NCBI RefSeq assembly: GCF_964204645.1 | Contig: NC_134032.1 | Span: 8,234,275-8,298,274 of the forward strand | Direction: 5' to 3' | DNA: 64,000 nucleotides | Source of the DNA: Tubulanus polymorphus | Taxonomy: Eukaryota; Animalia; Nemertea | Part shown: piece by piece, positions 24,201 to 35,526 of the stretch | Layout of the letters: every line of letters begins with the position of its first letter | How positions within the stretch are numbered: the first letter of the stretch is position 1 | Made by a program: the position numbers and the translations under genes | Notes under the pieces: model-generated | Databases searched by the model: none | The model's input: only the letters and a program-made list of their open reading frames with translations | What the model was told of the DNA's origin: nothing

Positions 24201-27200
24201 AGCATCTTTCCTAGAACCACAACCACATCCAAGCCCGTTTATACCGGGACCTCTTTACTAGAACCAAAACAACAACCACATCCGATCCTGTCTATACCGG
24301 GACTTCTCTACTAGAACCAAAACCACAACCACATCCAAGCTCATCTATACCGGGACCTCTTTACTAGAATCACAACGACATCCAAGTCCGTCTATACCGG
24401 GACCCCTTTACTAGAACCAAAACCACAACCACATCCAAGCCTGTCATTACCACGACCTCTTTACTAGAATCACAACGACATCCAAGTCTGTCTATACCGG
24501 GACCCCTTTACTAGAACCAAAACCACAACCACATCCAAGCCCGTCTTTACCACGACCTCTTTACTAGAACCAAAACAACAACCACATCCGATCCTGTCTA
24601 TACCGGGACTTCTCTACTAGAACCAAAACCACAACCACATCCAAGCTCATCTATACCGGGACCTCTTTACTAGAATCACAACGACATCCAAGTCCGTCTA
24701 TACCGGGACCCCTTTACTAGAACCAAAACCACAACCACATCCAAGCCCGTCTTTACCACGACCTCTTTACTAGAACCAAAACCACAACCACATCCAATCC
24801 TGTCTATACCGGGACCGCTCTACTAGAACCAAAACTACAACCACATCCACGACCGTCTATACCGGGACCTCTTTACTAGAACCAAAACCACAACCACATC
24901 CAAGCTCATCTATACCGGGACCTCTTTACTAGAATCACAACGACATCCAAGTCCCTCTATACCGGGACCCCTTTACTAGAACCAAAACCACAACCACATC
25001 CAAGCCCGTATATACCGCGTCCACTTTTCTAAAACCATAACCATGCCCGCCTATACCGGGTACTCTTCACTTAACCGCCTCCATCCCACCTATAGGGTAC
25101 CTCTTCCACTAAAGCATCTTACCTAGAACCACAACCACATCCAAGCCCGTTTATACCGGGACCTCTTTACTAGAACCAAAACAACAACCACATCCGATCC
25201 TGTCTATACCGGGACTTCTCTACTAGAACGAAAACCACAACCACATCCAAGCCCGTATATACCAGGACCTCTTTACTAGAACAGCAACCACACCCACATC
25301 CAAGCCCGTATATACCGGGAACTCTTCACTTAAAACCGCCTCCAGCCTCCACCCTACCTATACGGTACCTCTTCACTAAAGCCTCTTTCCTAGAACCACA
25401 ACCACATCCAAGCCCGTTTATACCGGGACCTCTTTACTAGAACCAAAACAACAACCACATCCGATCCTGTCTATACCGGGACTTTTCTACTAGAACGAAA
25501 ACCACAACCACATCCAAGCCCGTATATACCAGGACCTCTTTACTAGAACAGCAACCACACCCACATCCAAGCCCGTATATACCGGGAACTCTTCACTTAA
25601 AACCGCCTCCAGCCTCCACCCTACCTATACGGTACCTCTTCACTAAAGCCTCTTTCCTAGAACCACAACCACATCCAAGCCCGTTTATACCGGGACCTCT
25701 TTACTAATACCGCAACCACATCCAAGCCCGTCTATACCGGGACCTCCTTACTTGAACCAAAACCACAACAACATTCAAGCCAGTATATACCAGGACCACT
25801 TTACTAAAACCACAACACAACGCCCGTCTATACTGGGAACTCTTCACTTTACCACCTCCACCCCACCTATAGGGTACCTCTTCACTAAAGCCTCTTACTA
25901 GAACCACAACCACATCCAAGCCCATCTATACCGGTACCTCTTTAATTAACCACAACCACATCCAAGCCCGTATATGCCGGGACCTCTTTGCTAGAACAGC
26001 AACCACAACCACATCCAAGCCGGTCTATACCCGGACCTCTTTACTAGAACCAAAACCACAACCACATCCAAGCCCATCTATACCGGTACCTCTTTAATTA
26101 ACCACAACCATATCCAAGCGCGTATATGCCGCGACCACTTTACTAGAACCACAACCACATCCAAGCCCGTATATACCGGGATCCCTCTAATTAACCACAA
26201 CCACATCGAAGCCCGTCTATACCAGGAACCCCATTAATCAAACCTCATACACAACCACAACCGCGCTCGTTTATACCGAAACCTCTTTATAAGAATCACA
26301 ATGACATCCAAGCCCATCTATACCAGGACCTCTTCACTAAACCACCTGCACGTACCCCGCTTATATAGCGGGACCTCATCAGTAATATGACAACCACATT
26401 AACGCCTGTCCATACCGGGATCTCGTCACTAAACCACCATCTCGACCCTGCGCCTATAACGGTAACTCTTTACTAAAACCACAACCACATCCAAGCCCGT
26501 ATATACCGGGACCTCTTTACTAGAACCAAAACCACAACCACATCCAAGCCCGTATATACCGGGTCCACTTTTCTAAAACCATAACCATGCCCGCCTATAC
26601 CGGGAACTCTTCACTTAACCGCCTCCATCCCACCTATAGGGTACCTCTTCCACTAAAGCATCTTTCCTAGAACCACAACCACATCCAAGCCCGTTTATAC
26701 CGGGACCTCTTTACTAGAACCAAAACAACAACCACATCCGATCCTGTCTATACTGGGACTTCTCTACTAGAACCAAAACCACAACCACATCCAAGCTCAT
26801 CTATACCGGGACCTCTTTACTAGAATCACAACGACATCCAAGTCCGTCTATACCGGGACCCCTTTACTAGAACCAAAACCACAACCACATCCAAGCCCGT
26901 CTTTACCACGACCTCTTTACTAGAACCAAAACCACAACCACATCCGATCCTGTCTATACCGGGACCGCTCTACTAGAACCAAAACTACAACCACATCCAC
27001 GACCGTCTATACCGGGACCTCTTTACTAGAACAGCAACCACAACCACATCCGATCCTGTCTACACTGGGACCTCTTTACTAGAACCAAAACCACAACCAC
27101 ATCCACGACCGTCTATACCGGGACCTCTTTACTAGAACCAAAACCACAACCCCATCCAAGCCCGTTTATACCGGGACCTCTTTACTAGAACCAAAACCAC

Positions 27201-28658
27201 AACCACATCCGATCCTGTCTATACTGGGACCTCTTTACTAGAACCAAAACCACAACCACATTCGATCCTGTCTATACCGGGACCTCTCTACTATAACCAA
27301 AACTACAACCACATCCAAGCTTCTAAACCGTGACCTCTTTAAACCACCTGCACGTACCCCACCTATAACGGTAACTCTTTACTAAAACCATGTGCACATC
27401 CAAGCCCATCTATACCGAGACCTCTTTACTAGAACCGCAACCACATCCAAGCCCGTATATACCGGGACCCCTCTAGTTAATCACAACCACATCGAAGCCC
27501 GTCTATACCGGGACCTCTTTACTAGACCCAAAACCACAACCACATCCAAGCCAGTATATACCAGGACCACTTTACTAAAACCACAACATAACGCCTTCTA
27601 TACCGGGACGTCTTAAATTAACCATAACCACAACCACATCGAAGCCCGTCTATACCGGGACCTCTTTACTAGAACCAAAACCACAACCACATTCAAGCCA
27701 GTATATACCAGGACCACTTTACTAAAACGACAACACCACGCCCGTCTATACTGGGAACTCTTCACATTACCACCTCCACCCAACCTATAGGGTACCACTT
27801 CAGTAAAGCCTCTTTACTAGAACCACAACCACATCCAAGCCCGTCTATACCGGGACCTTTTTACTAGAACCACAACCACATCCAGGCTCGTCTATACCGG
27901 GACCTCTGTAATTAACCACAACCACATCCAAGCCCGCTTATACTGGGAACCCCTTTAATCAAACCTCATACACAACCACAACCGCGCTCGTTTATACTGG
28001 AACCTCTTTACTAGAATCGCAATGACATCCAAGCCCATCTATACCAGGACCTCTTCACTAAACCACCTGCAAGTACCCCGCTTATATAGCAGGACCTCAT
28101 CAGTAATATGACAACCACATTCACGCCCGTCCATACAGGGACCTCGTCACTAAACCGACCACCTCGACCCCGCACCTATAACGGTAACTCTTTACTAAAA
28201 CCACAACCACATCCAAGCCCGTATATACCGGGACCTCTTTACTTAGAACAGCAACCATTTACTAGAATCACAATTACATTCAAGCCCATCTATACCAGGA
28301 CCTCTTCACTAAACCATCTGCACGTACCCCCCTTATATAGCGGGACCTCATCAGTAATATGACAACCACATTCACGCCCGTCTATACCGGGACCTCTTTA
28401 ATCAACCATAACCACAACCACATCCTCCAAGCTCGTCTATACCGGCACCATTCTAATTAACCACATCCAAGCCCGTCTATACCGGGACCTCTTTAATTAA
28501 CCATAACCATAACCACTTCCAAGCCCGTATATACCGGGACCCCTCTAGTTATCCACAATCACATCGAAGCCCGTCTATACCGGGACCTCTTTACTAGACT
28601 CAAAACCACAACCATATCCAAGCCAGTATATACCGGGTCCACTTTACTAAAACGACAA
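21215..28658. repeat. ~7.4-kb satellite array of 53-bp (and 47-bp variant) monomers, consensus ACTAGAACCAAAACCACAACCACATCCAAGCCCGTCTATACCGGGACCTCTTT, with higher-order blocks
   Basis: Tandem monomers read directly; variant monomers recur in the same order in several blocks. Confidence 0.95.
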
Positions 28659-30024
28659 CTTACTGAATTTATTCATAATACTATACGCAGATGATACAGT
28701 TATTCTTGCTGTGGATGTGAAATCTCTTCAGCTACACTTAGATACCTTGTTTTAATATTGTGTCACTAATGGTCTCACTGTAAACTCAGAGAAAACTAAA
28801 GTACTAGTATTTGCGCGAAGTAAATCCCGGATAAAAACGATTTCGAAATTCATGTTTGGTGATCAAGAGTTAGAGGTAGTTGAAGATTATGTTTATCTCG
28901 GAGTAAAATTTAATTGGAATGGTAACTTTGCTAAGGCAAAAAAGTATCTTCATGATAAAGCTATGAGAGCTATGTTTTCGATCGTTCAAAAAGGCAGACG
29001 TTTGAAATTGCCCATAGATGTTATGTTTGAATCATATTTGATACGTGTGTTGCTCTAATAGCCATGTACGGGTGTGAGATCTGGGGATACGAAAATCTTG
29101 ATTTATTAGAAAATATTAATTGTTCTTCTGTGAAATCTTAATGAAAGTGACGAAATATTCTCACAATTTACAAGTTTTATCAGAGCTAGGACGTTATCCT
29201 TTCAATATAGATGTTAGACGCAGGATCATTCACTTTTGGGTTAAAACAGTATCTGGAAAGCAAACCAAACTTAATTCAATACTTTATAAAATATCTTTCA
29301 ATTTATTTTTAAGGGATAAATTTAAGAGCCTTGGTTATCATATATAAAGAAAACCTTTGATGAATGTGGTTTGTCCTGCATTTGGACGCAACAATTCATG
29401 ACAAACAGTAAATCTTTTTCAAAACGAATAAAACAGATACTCTGTGACCAGCACCTTCAAGAAACCGTATCTGCCATAAATACTAATCCGATATACACGA
29501 ACTTTAGGCAATATAAAAATGATATTAGGTAAGAGAAGTATATAATAGAACTTGATGATGACTTAGGAACTAGTTTATTTGAATTCAGGGTCGGGTCCTA
29601 TATTTTACCTGTGAACAATTTTTCAAACCTTCATTTAGACAGAGCCGATAGAATATGCCCCACTTGTAATACTTTAGGTGACGAATCCCATTTTCTGTTT
29701 GACTGTACCTTACTTAAGGAACCCCACAAAATCTATTTGAATTTGAATACCTTTAATACCCTTGATATTCTGAAAAACCCAACGGTCAAATTAGCTAAAT
29801 TAATTAAGACCGGCTTAGATGTATATAGATCCCTCCAATAGTATATATAGTATCGTAAATAGTTGATGTATATATATTTTGTAACGTTTTCATTCTCTAA
29901 ATTTTAATCACCTCAGTGTTGTTTTGTAAATATTTGTATATACATGTGTAATTGTTTTCCTCCATATACCATGGAAATGGTTAGGTGTAAATAAAATCAT
30001 AATCGTAATCGTAATCGTAATCGT
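28659..30024 (+). mobile_element. 5'-truncated, frameshifted non-LTR retrotransposon (LINE; CR1/L2-group-like)
   Basis: LYADDTVILA (RT catalytic motif) at 28681, YVYLGV, YGCEIWG, ELGRYP, C-terminal RICPTCNTLGDESHFLFDC; frameshifts/stops; AATAAA then (AATCGT)n tail at ~29995-30024. Confidence 0.9.
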
Positions 30025-30116
30025 AGTAAGCTCTAGAGCTTGCGGTCGTTTACGTGCACAAACCCTCGTTGGAAACGCTGTAAAATTATGATGAAAGAAG
30101 AAGAAAAACAAAAAGC

Positions 30117-30296
30117 ACACTAGGAGCAGGCATATTTCACTAGGAGCAGACATATTCCACTAGGAGCAGGCAATATTTCACTAGGAGCAAACGTAATCCA
30201 CTGGTATATTCCACTAGGAGCAGGCATATCTCACTAGGGGCAGACGTAATTTACAAGGTGCAGACATATTCCACTAGGAGCAGGTATATTTCACTA
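30117..30296. repeat. 20-21-bp minisatellite (CACTAGGAGCAGRCATATTY)
   Basis: About 8 tandem units; same motif as 35098-35500. Confidence 0.85.
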
Positions 30297-30586
30297 TCGT
30301 AAATGTTCAGAATTGGGTGCTCTTCACATATTTTTTCAAACGATGAGTCGAACGATATTTTGTATTGGAAACAAAAATAATCATATCATATTGAAGTATT
30401 GAATCTGTTCACAATACAAATATGCTAAACGAACACAAATCATACTGAGCATTGCAACGTTTAGCTCTTCTAGTGAAAGTTGTCAATTGTATATTAATGT
30501 AGCGTTTCCTAATGTACGGAAGCGATAAAGGGCCTCGAATTGTCGCGTTCCAACTCGACAAGTCGCCATATTTATGTTGATATATC

Positions 30587-30856
30587 GCGATATATCGCGT
30601 CAAGTCGACATGAATATGTCGACATATCGTGACGTTTTCACGACAAATTTCGCTTTTTCGCCCATTTTCCACGGGACAAGCCGTCATTTGAAGACACGAC
30701 TAAATGTAAGATGAGGACGCCAGTGATATGACGACTGAGTTTCAAGTCGTCATGAATATGTCGACTTGTCGCGAGGAAAATGGTCGAGAAAGCGAAATAT
30801 GTCGTCAAAACGTCACGATATAGCGACATATTCATGTCGACTTGACGCGATATATC
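30587..30856. mobile_element. Fold-back MITE-like element rich in GTCGAC/ATAT motifs
   Basis: ~100-bp inverted arms CGATATATCGCGTCAAGTCGACATGAATATGTCG / CGACATATTCATGTCGACTTGACGCGATATATCG. Confidence 0.7.
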
Positions 30857-30942
30857 GGCGGCCTCAAATATATATGAGTCCTTTCCCACTGAGTCCTTTC
30901 ATCTACAGTTATATTGCCTTTTAGCAATATTAGAACTGAAGG

Positions 30943-31098
<156 letters not shown>

Positions 31099-31200
31099 GA
31101 ATTGACGAAAGAAGACGTTCGTGAAATCTATATAACTTGAAACATTGTTTCCATGATTAATTGAACTGTAATTGGGAGGATCGTCTGATTGGTCGACGCA

Positions 31201-32145
31201 ATGGCTGCAACTTCAGTTCCTCAGAACCGCACAAATCCGTCTAATCTTTTTACAGCCTTAATACTGTCTGCAACTACGCTAAATGGAACTTATCTTTGGT
31301 TTTACCTCGTATTCGCCAGTCTTTGTTTTATTCTCGGATTCAACGGTAATCTCCTAATCGTGATAGTGATGCTGCGACGTAAACTATGGCGACGTTCTTT
31401 CAGTCGTATGTTCGTTCAACTAGCCGTCTGCGACACTTTGGTTCTCATCTGTTACTTAGTGAAATATATCAACGTTATGTCTTATTCGTTCTTCGGAAGG
31501 AAATTATTAGTAAAACCATCAACGCGAATCCACTGTGCATGTTTTGAGTATTTTGTAGTAGTTAGTCTTTCGAGCAGTCCGTGGATGCTGGTCCTCGTAG
31601 CTGCCGAGCGAATGTGTGTGGTTTGTTTTCCGTTTAGGGGTCCTCGTTTCTGGAGCCCGAGTACCGCTTCTAAACTCTGTTTCTGCGTGCTATGCTTCCT
31701 AGCGCTGAGTTATAGTTATTTACTCGGGACTGTCGATGTTATCGACAACAGTTGCATCGCTAGAAATCTGCCCACATTCATTAAGCCATTGCTATCGTCT
31801 ATTCTCGTCTCTATAGGTCCGTTTGTATTGTTAGCTATCATGTCCGCAATAACTTCGTTCGCTTTACTCAGAAAAAAAGGTAAATCAGAAACAAACCGAG
31901 CATCGAAATACTCAAACCAGGTAACCGTGTTGGTTCTGTTTCTGTGCATGTTCTTTATGGTTATAACATTCCCCGCTGCTTTATTGAGTCCTTTTAGCTG
32001 GACAAATTTAAAATTGAGAAATATCTTCGCTGCCCTCTTCGATATTGTAATGATAAATTATTCGTTCAATCTCTACTTATATCTGATGACGGGAAAAGAA
32101 ATCAAAAGGGAATTGCGGAATTTGATCTTCAAAAACCCGTCTTGA
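31201..32145 (+). CDS. Intronless class A (rhodopsin-like) GPCR, orphan peptide/chemoreceptor-like, 314 aa
   Basis: Seven hydrophobic segments; GN in TM1 (GFNGNLL), LAVCD in TM2, AAERMCVVCFP (DRY variant), ECL cysteines, FP in TM6, NYSFNLYLY in TM7; N-terminal sequons NRT and NGT. First ATG at 31201 (ORF track starts at a TTG). Confidence 0.88.
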   Translation: MAATSVPQNRTNPSNLFTALILSATTLNGTYLWFYLVFASLCFILGFNGNLLIVIVMLRRKLWRRSFSRMFVQLAVCDTLVLICYLVKYINVMSYSFFGRKLLVKPSTRIHCACFEYFVVVSLSSSPWMLVLVAAERMCVVCFPFRGPRFWSPSTASKLCFCVLCFLALSYSYLLGTVDVIDNSCIARNLPTFIKPLLSSILVSIGPFVLLAIMSAITSFALLRKKGKSETNRASKYSNQVTVLVLFLCMFFMVITFPAALLSPFSWTNLKLRNIFAALFDIVMINYSFNLYLYLMTGKEIKRELRNLIFKNPS

Positions 32146-35097
32146 ACGGCGGCCTACATCTTAAAAATCTCAAAATTCATCATCTCTTCCAATTTGGGCT
32201 CAACCGGTGACAGGGCAGTCGTTAAAAAAAAAATCTGTGAATTCGACCGCCGATCACACAACTATATCCGTACTTCGATTTCCCCCTGTTTCGCTCTCGG
32301 CAGGTGTGGTGGGTCCGTAAGGGACACATTAATCAAAAAGTCAAACGAAATTTACGGACAATCCCTATTTTAAGATTAAAAAAAGAAATCGATAACCGTC
32401 GTAGAAGTAATACCCATATTAGTACCACGTCCTTTGATTGAATTATTTAGAAATCCGTATCCGCTAAATTAGAGACTATTAACTCTCCATCTTTCTTTCC
32501 TCGTATCTAAATCTATCAAATTAGTAAAATCCATATTTCTTTCCGCGTTTCTAATTCATCCAATTAATAAAAACTATCTTTCTTTCCTCGTTTCAGATTT
32601 TTTTCTGATTAGTAAGAATGAATCCATTCTAACTTTGATCATACGGCGCATTTAATTTAAGATATGCTGACGACTTCTTCGAAAAACTTCCACTCGTTCA
32701 TCGCCCTTGAACTCATATCGACTTTTTTTCATTTTTCCGATAGAACGAAAAATCGTCGTAAAACATGTACGTACACGAGGTTGTGTTTGGTCAGATCGAA
32801 TGGAGATGACCTCAAGATGAACACGACACACGAATTACGCACTTTCATTAGAAACGTAGTAAACTGCATCGATTGCTAATGCATATTCCGCTTCGTCGGA
32901 ACTGGGAAACCGGGTCCTGTGGGTGCCAGCATTTTCAAGAAATATCACGCGTCCCATTTAAAGATCAGTATTTTTGAAACGGTTAATCTGATATTTGGAC
33001 TAAATCAATCGAATTTGGAAAAGATGATCCAGGGAACATAACTTACATGCCATTAACAATGAGTGGGTCGAGAAGTGAATATGACCCCGTGAGTGATTGG
33101 CGCCGCCGTAAATGGGGCTTGCAATTAGAGGAACTCATTTCGAGTGTCCAAAAATAAAATGAAGAAGAAGAAATGAAAGAACGATGCAACCCATGAAATA
33201 TATACAGTCAACCCCCGATCTACCGCTCTCCCACATACCGCCAAACCGCATACCGCCAGATTTCTCAATGCGCATCTCTGTACAAAAAGTATAACACCCC
33301 CGACCGCCATACTCTTTATATCGGGGTTGACAGTATGGGCTAAAACATAGACTTCAATTATTGCAGGAAGCTTCTCACTCAGCTCGTAGAAGATTTGCAC
33401 TACTCTTGTCATTGATGACTTGTCAGTTCAAGTCCACGTTGAGTCTGCGCGCTTAACATTGAATTGTCATATCAACCGCACTAGTACTCGTTTTATTTTC
33501 CTCGTTTTTTCTGACCACCGAATTTCTGATTTCGTTTCTTCCCGGCGTCGGATTTGCGTTTTTATTATGATTGACGAACATAATGAACAGGAAACATCCG
33601 AGAACAAAGGCAACCTATGAAATATACGAGCTAAAACATGGACTGCATTCAATCATTGGAAGATAAACTTTTCAGCTCGTAGAATAATTACGTCTCAACT
33701 ATTTGCACCATACTCTTGTCACTGAGAACTTGTCTAATCGAATCATCTCTGACAAAATCAGAAACACAAATAGGAATTGGGTCGCGCGATTAGAAAAATC
33801 CAAACGCAAGATAAGAATAAGTAGACAAGCGAAAAGCACACACCATAACACATAACATCACTCAAAACATCAACAGTTTTTTTCTCGAAAGTGGAACTTT
33901 CTCAAGGTGCCCATATACAAATGCCGGTGGGTCCTTGAAGCTTTTGCGCATACGATTTTTGAAAATAAGATCAAAGAGAACCAATTTTTACAACTTGTAG
34001 CATATTTAAAGCCAAATGCTGCTTTTTTCTCATACAATTTGATCAGGCAGCCTTTTGGAAGCATGTGCATATTTTGAACGAAAACGATTAACAAGTGTTA
34101 CCGATGAGTGGATCTTTCGAAACCAATGCTCAAAGTCTATTTCATTCGGCCCCTCCCCCAAATATGGTCCTAATTTCTGGTAGTATTTCAAAAAGTGTCA
34201 TTGCCCTGACATGTCTCTTAGTAGACTGTTCTGACGGATAAAATGCGTTTAAGTTCATCAAAAATCATCCTCAGTTGAAATTTCGGTCTACATGTGCATA
34301 TGCATCCTCTCTCGGCAGGGATTCGAACCAGTGATAGCGTCACTGATACACTCTGCCACGGCATGAAACCGCACCATGGCAATCTCGATGCCATCAGGTT
34401 CGAATCCATGCCGGGCACGGATGGTTACATATGTACAGTCGAAGTCTGTTCTATCCAATCGGTTCTATAATGCCATCGTTTATAATGCTGCGGCTCCTAC
34501 AACTCATAAAAGCGGATACATGTGCCTTTCTTTTCTAATGCAATATCAATTCGTCCGAACACTGGCATTACAAGGACTTAAGACTGAAAACGCAAAACCA
34601 CTAAAGAATTGATCGATTTTTCAAATAATTCACGATTTTATTTCTAAAATAATTCACGTTTGACTTTTCTTATAAATACAGTTTGAGACAATGTAAATAT
34701 ATCACGAATGAATGAATGAATGAATGAACGAACCATTCACTACAACCCACTTACTTAGAAAAGGACCAAAGTATTTCATCCAGTCTATCAGAAATCCAGA
34801 TTAAACATCATTATGCTAAAAACGTGTATGTAGGTGGACTGTAGAAAATATCCGGATTGGATCGAAATCCGGATTAAATTGATCTCGATTAAGCAGGTTT
34901 GACTGTACTCCAGTTATGAATACATTTTCAGGCTCTCGATGAGTTTAGACTTTTACCATTCTATATAGTATGCTCACTCTACAAGTTCATTGCAAGAACC
35001 TTAAGGTTTACAAAAGGGCGGCGATAATTTCAACCATGTCACATAACACGGTCTACATCTGCAGATATTTTCCACAAAGAGCGGGGATATTCCCTAA

Positions 35098-35500
35098 GAA
35101 GTAGATGTATTCCACTAGGAGCAGACGTATTTCACTAGTAAATGTATTTCACTCGGAGTAGACATATTCCACTAGGAGCAGACGCATTCCACTAGGAGCA
35201 GACGTATTTCACTCGGAGTAGACATTTTTCACTCGGAGTAGACATATTTCACTAGGAGCAGACATATTCCACTAGGAGCAGACGTATTTCACTAAGATTA
35301 GATGTATTTCACTAGCAGACATATTTCACTAGGAGTAGCCATATTCCACCATGGCCACGCACATTCCATTGAGATTAGACAAATTCGCGCCTGGCAACAT
35401 ACGTATTTCACTAGGAGTAGACGTAATTCGCAACGAGCAGGCATATTTCACTAGATGTATTCCACTAGGGTCAGGCATATTCAGACATTCCACTAGAAGC
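35098..35500. repeat. 20-21-bp minisatellite (CACTAGGAGCAGACATATTY)
   Basis: Tandem degenerate units; same family as 30117-30296; begins just past the PRKCSH-like stop codon. Confidence 0.85.
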
Positions 35501-35526
35501 AGGCTCTCAAGCGGTCACATTTTGTT

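Noticed and set aside
21215-28658. CRISPR array or mucin-like repetitive CDS
   Set aside because: No unique spacers, no cas genes, eukaryotic context; 53/47-bp units break frame and contain stops.
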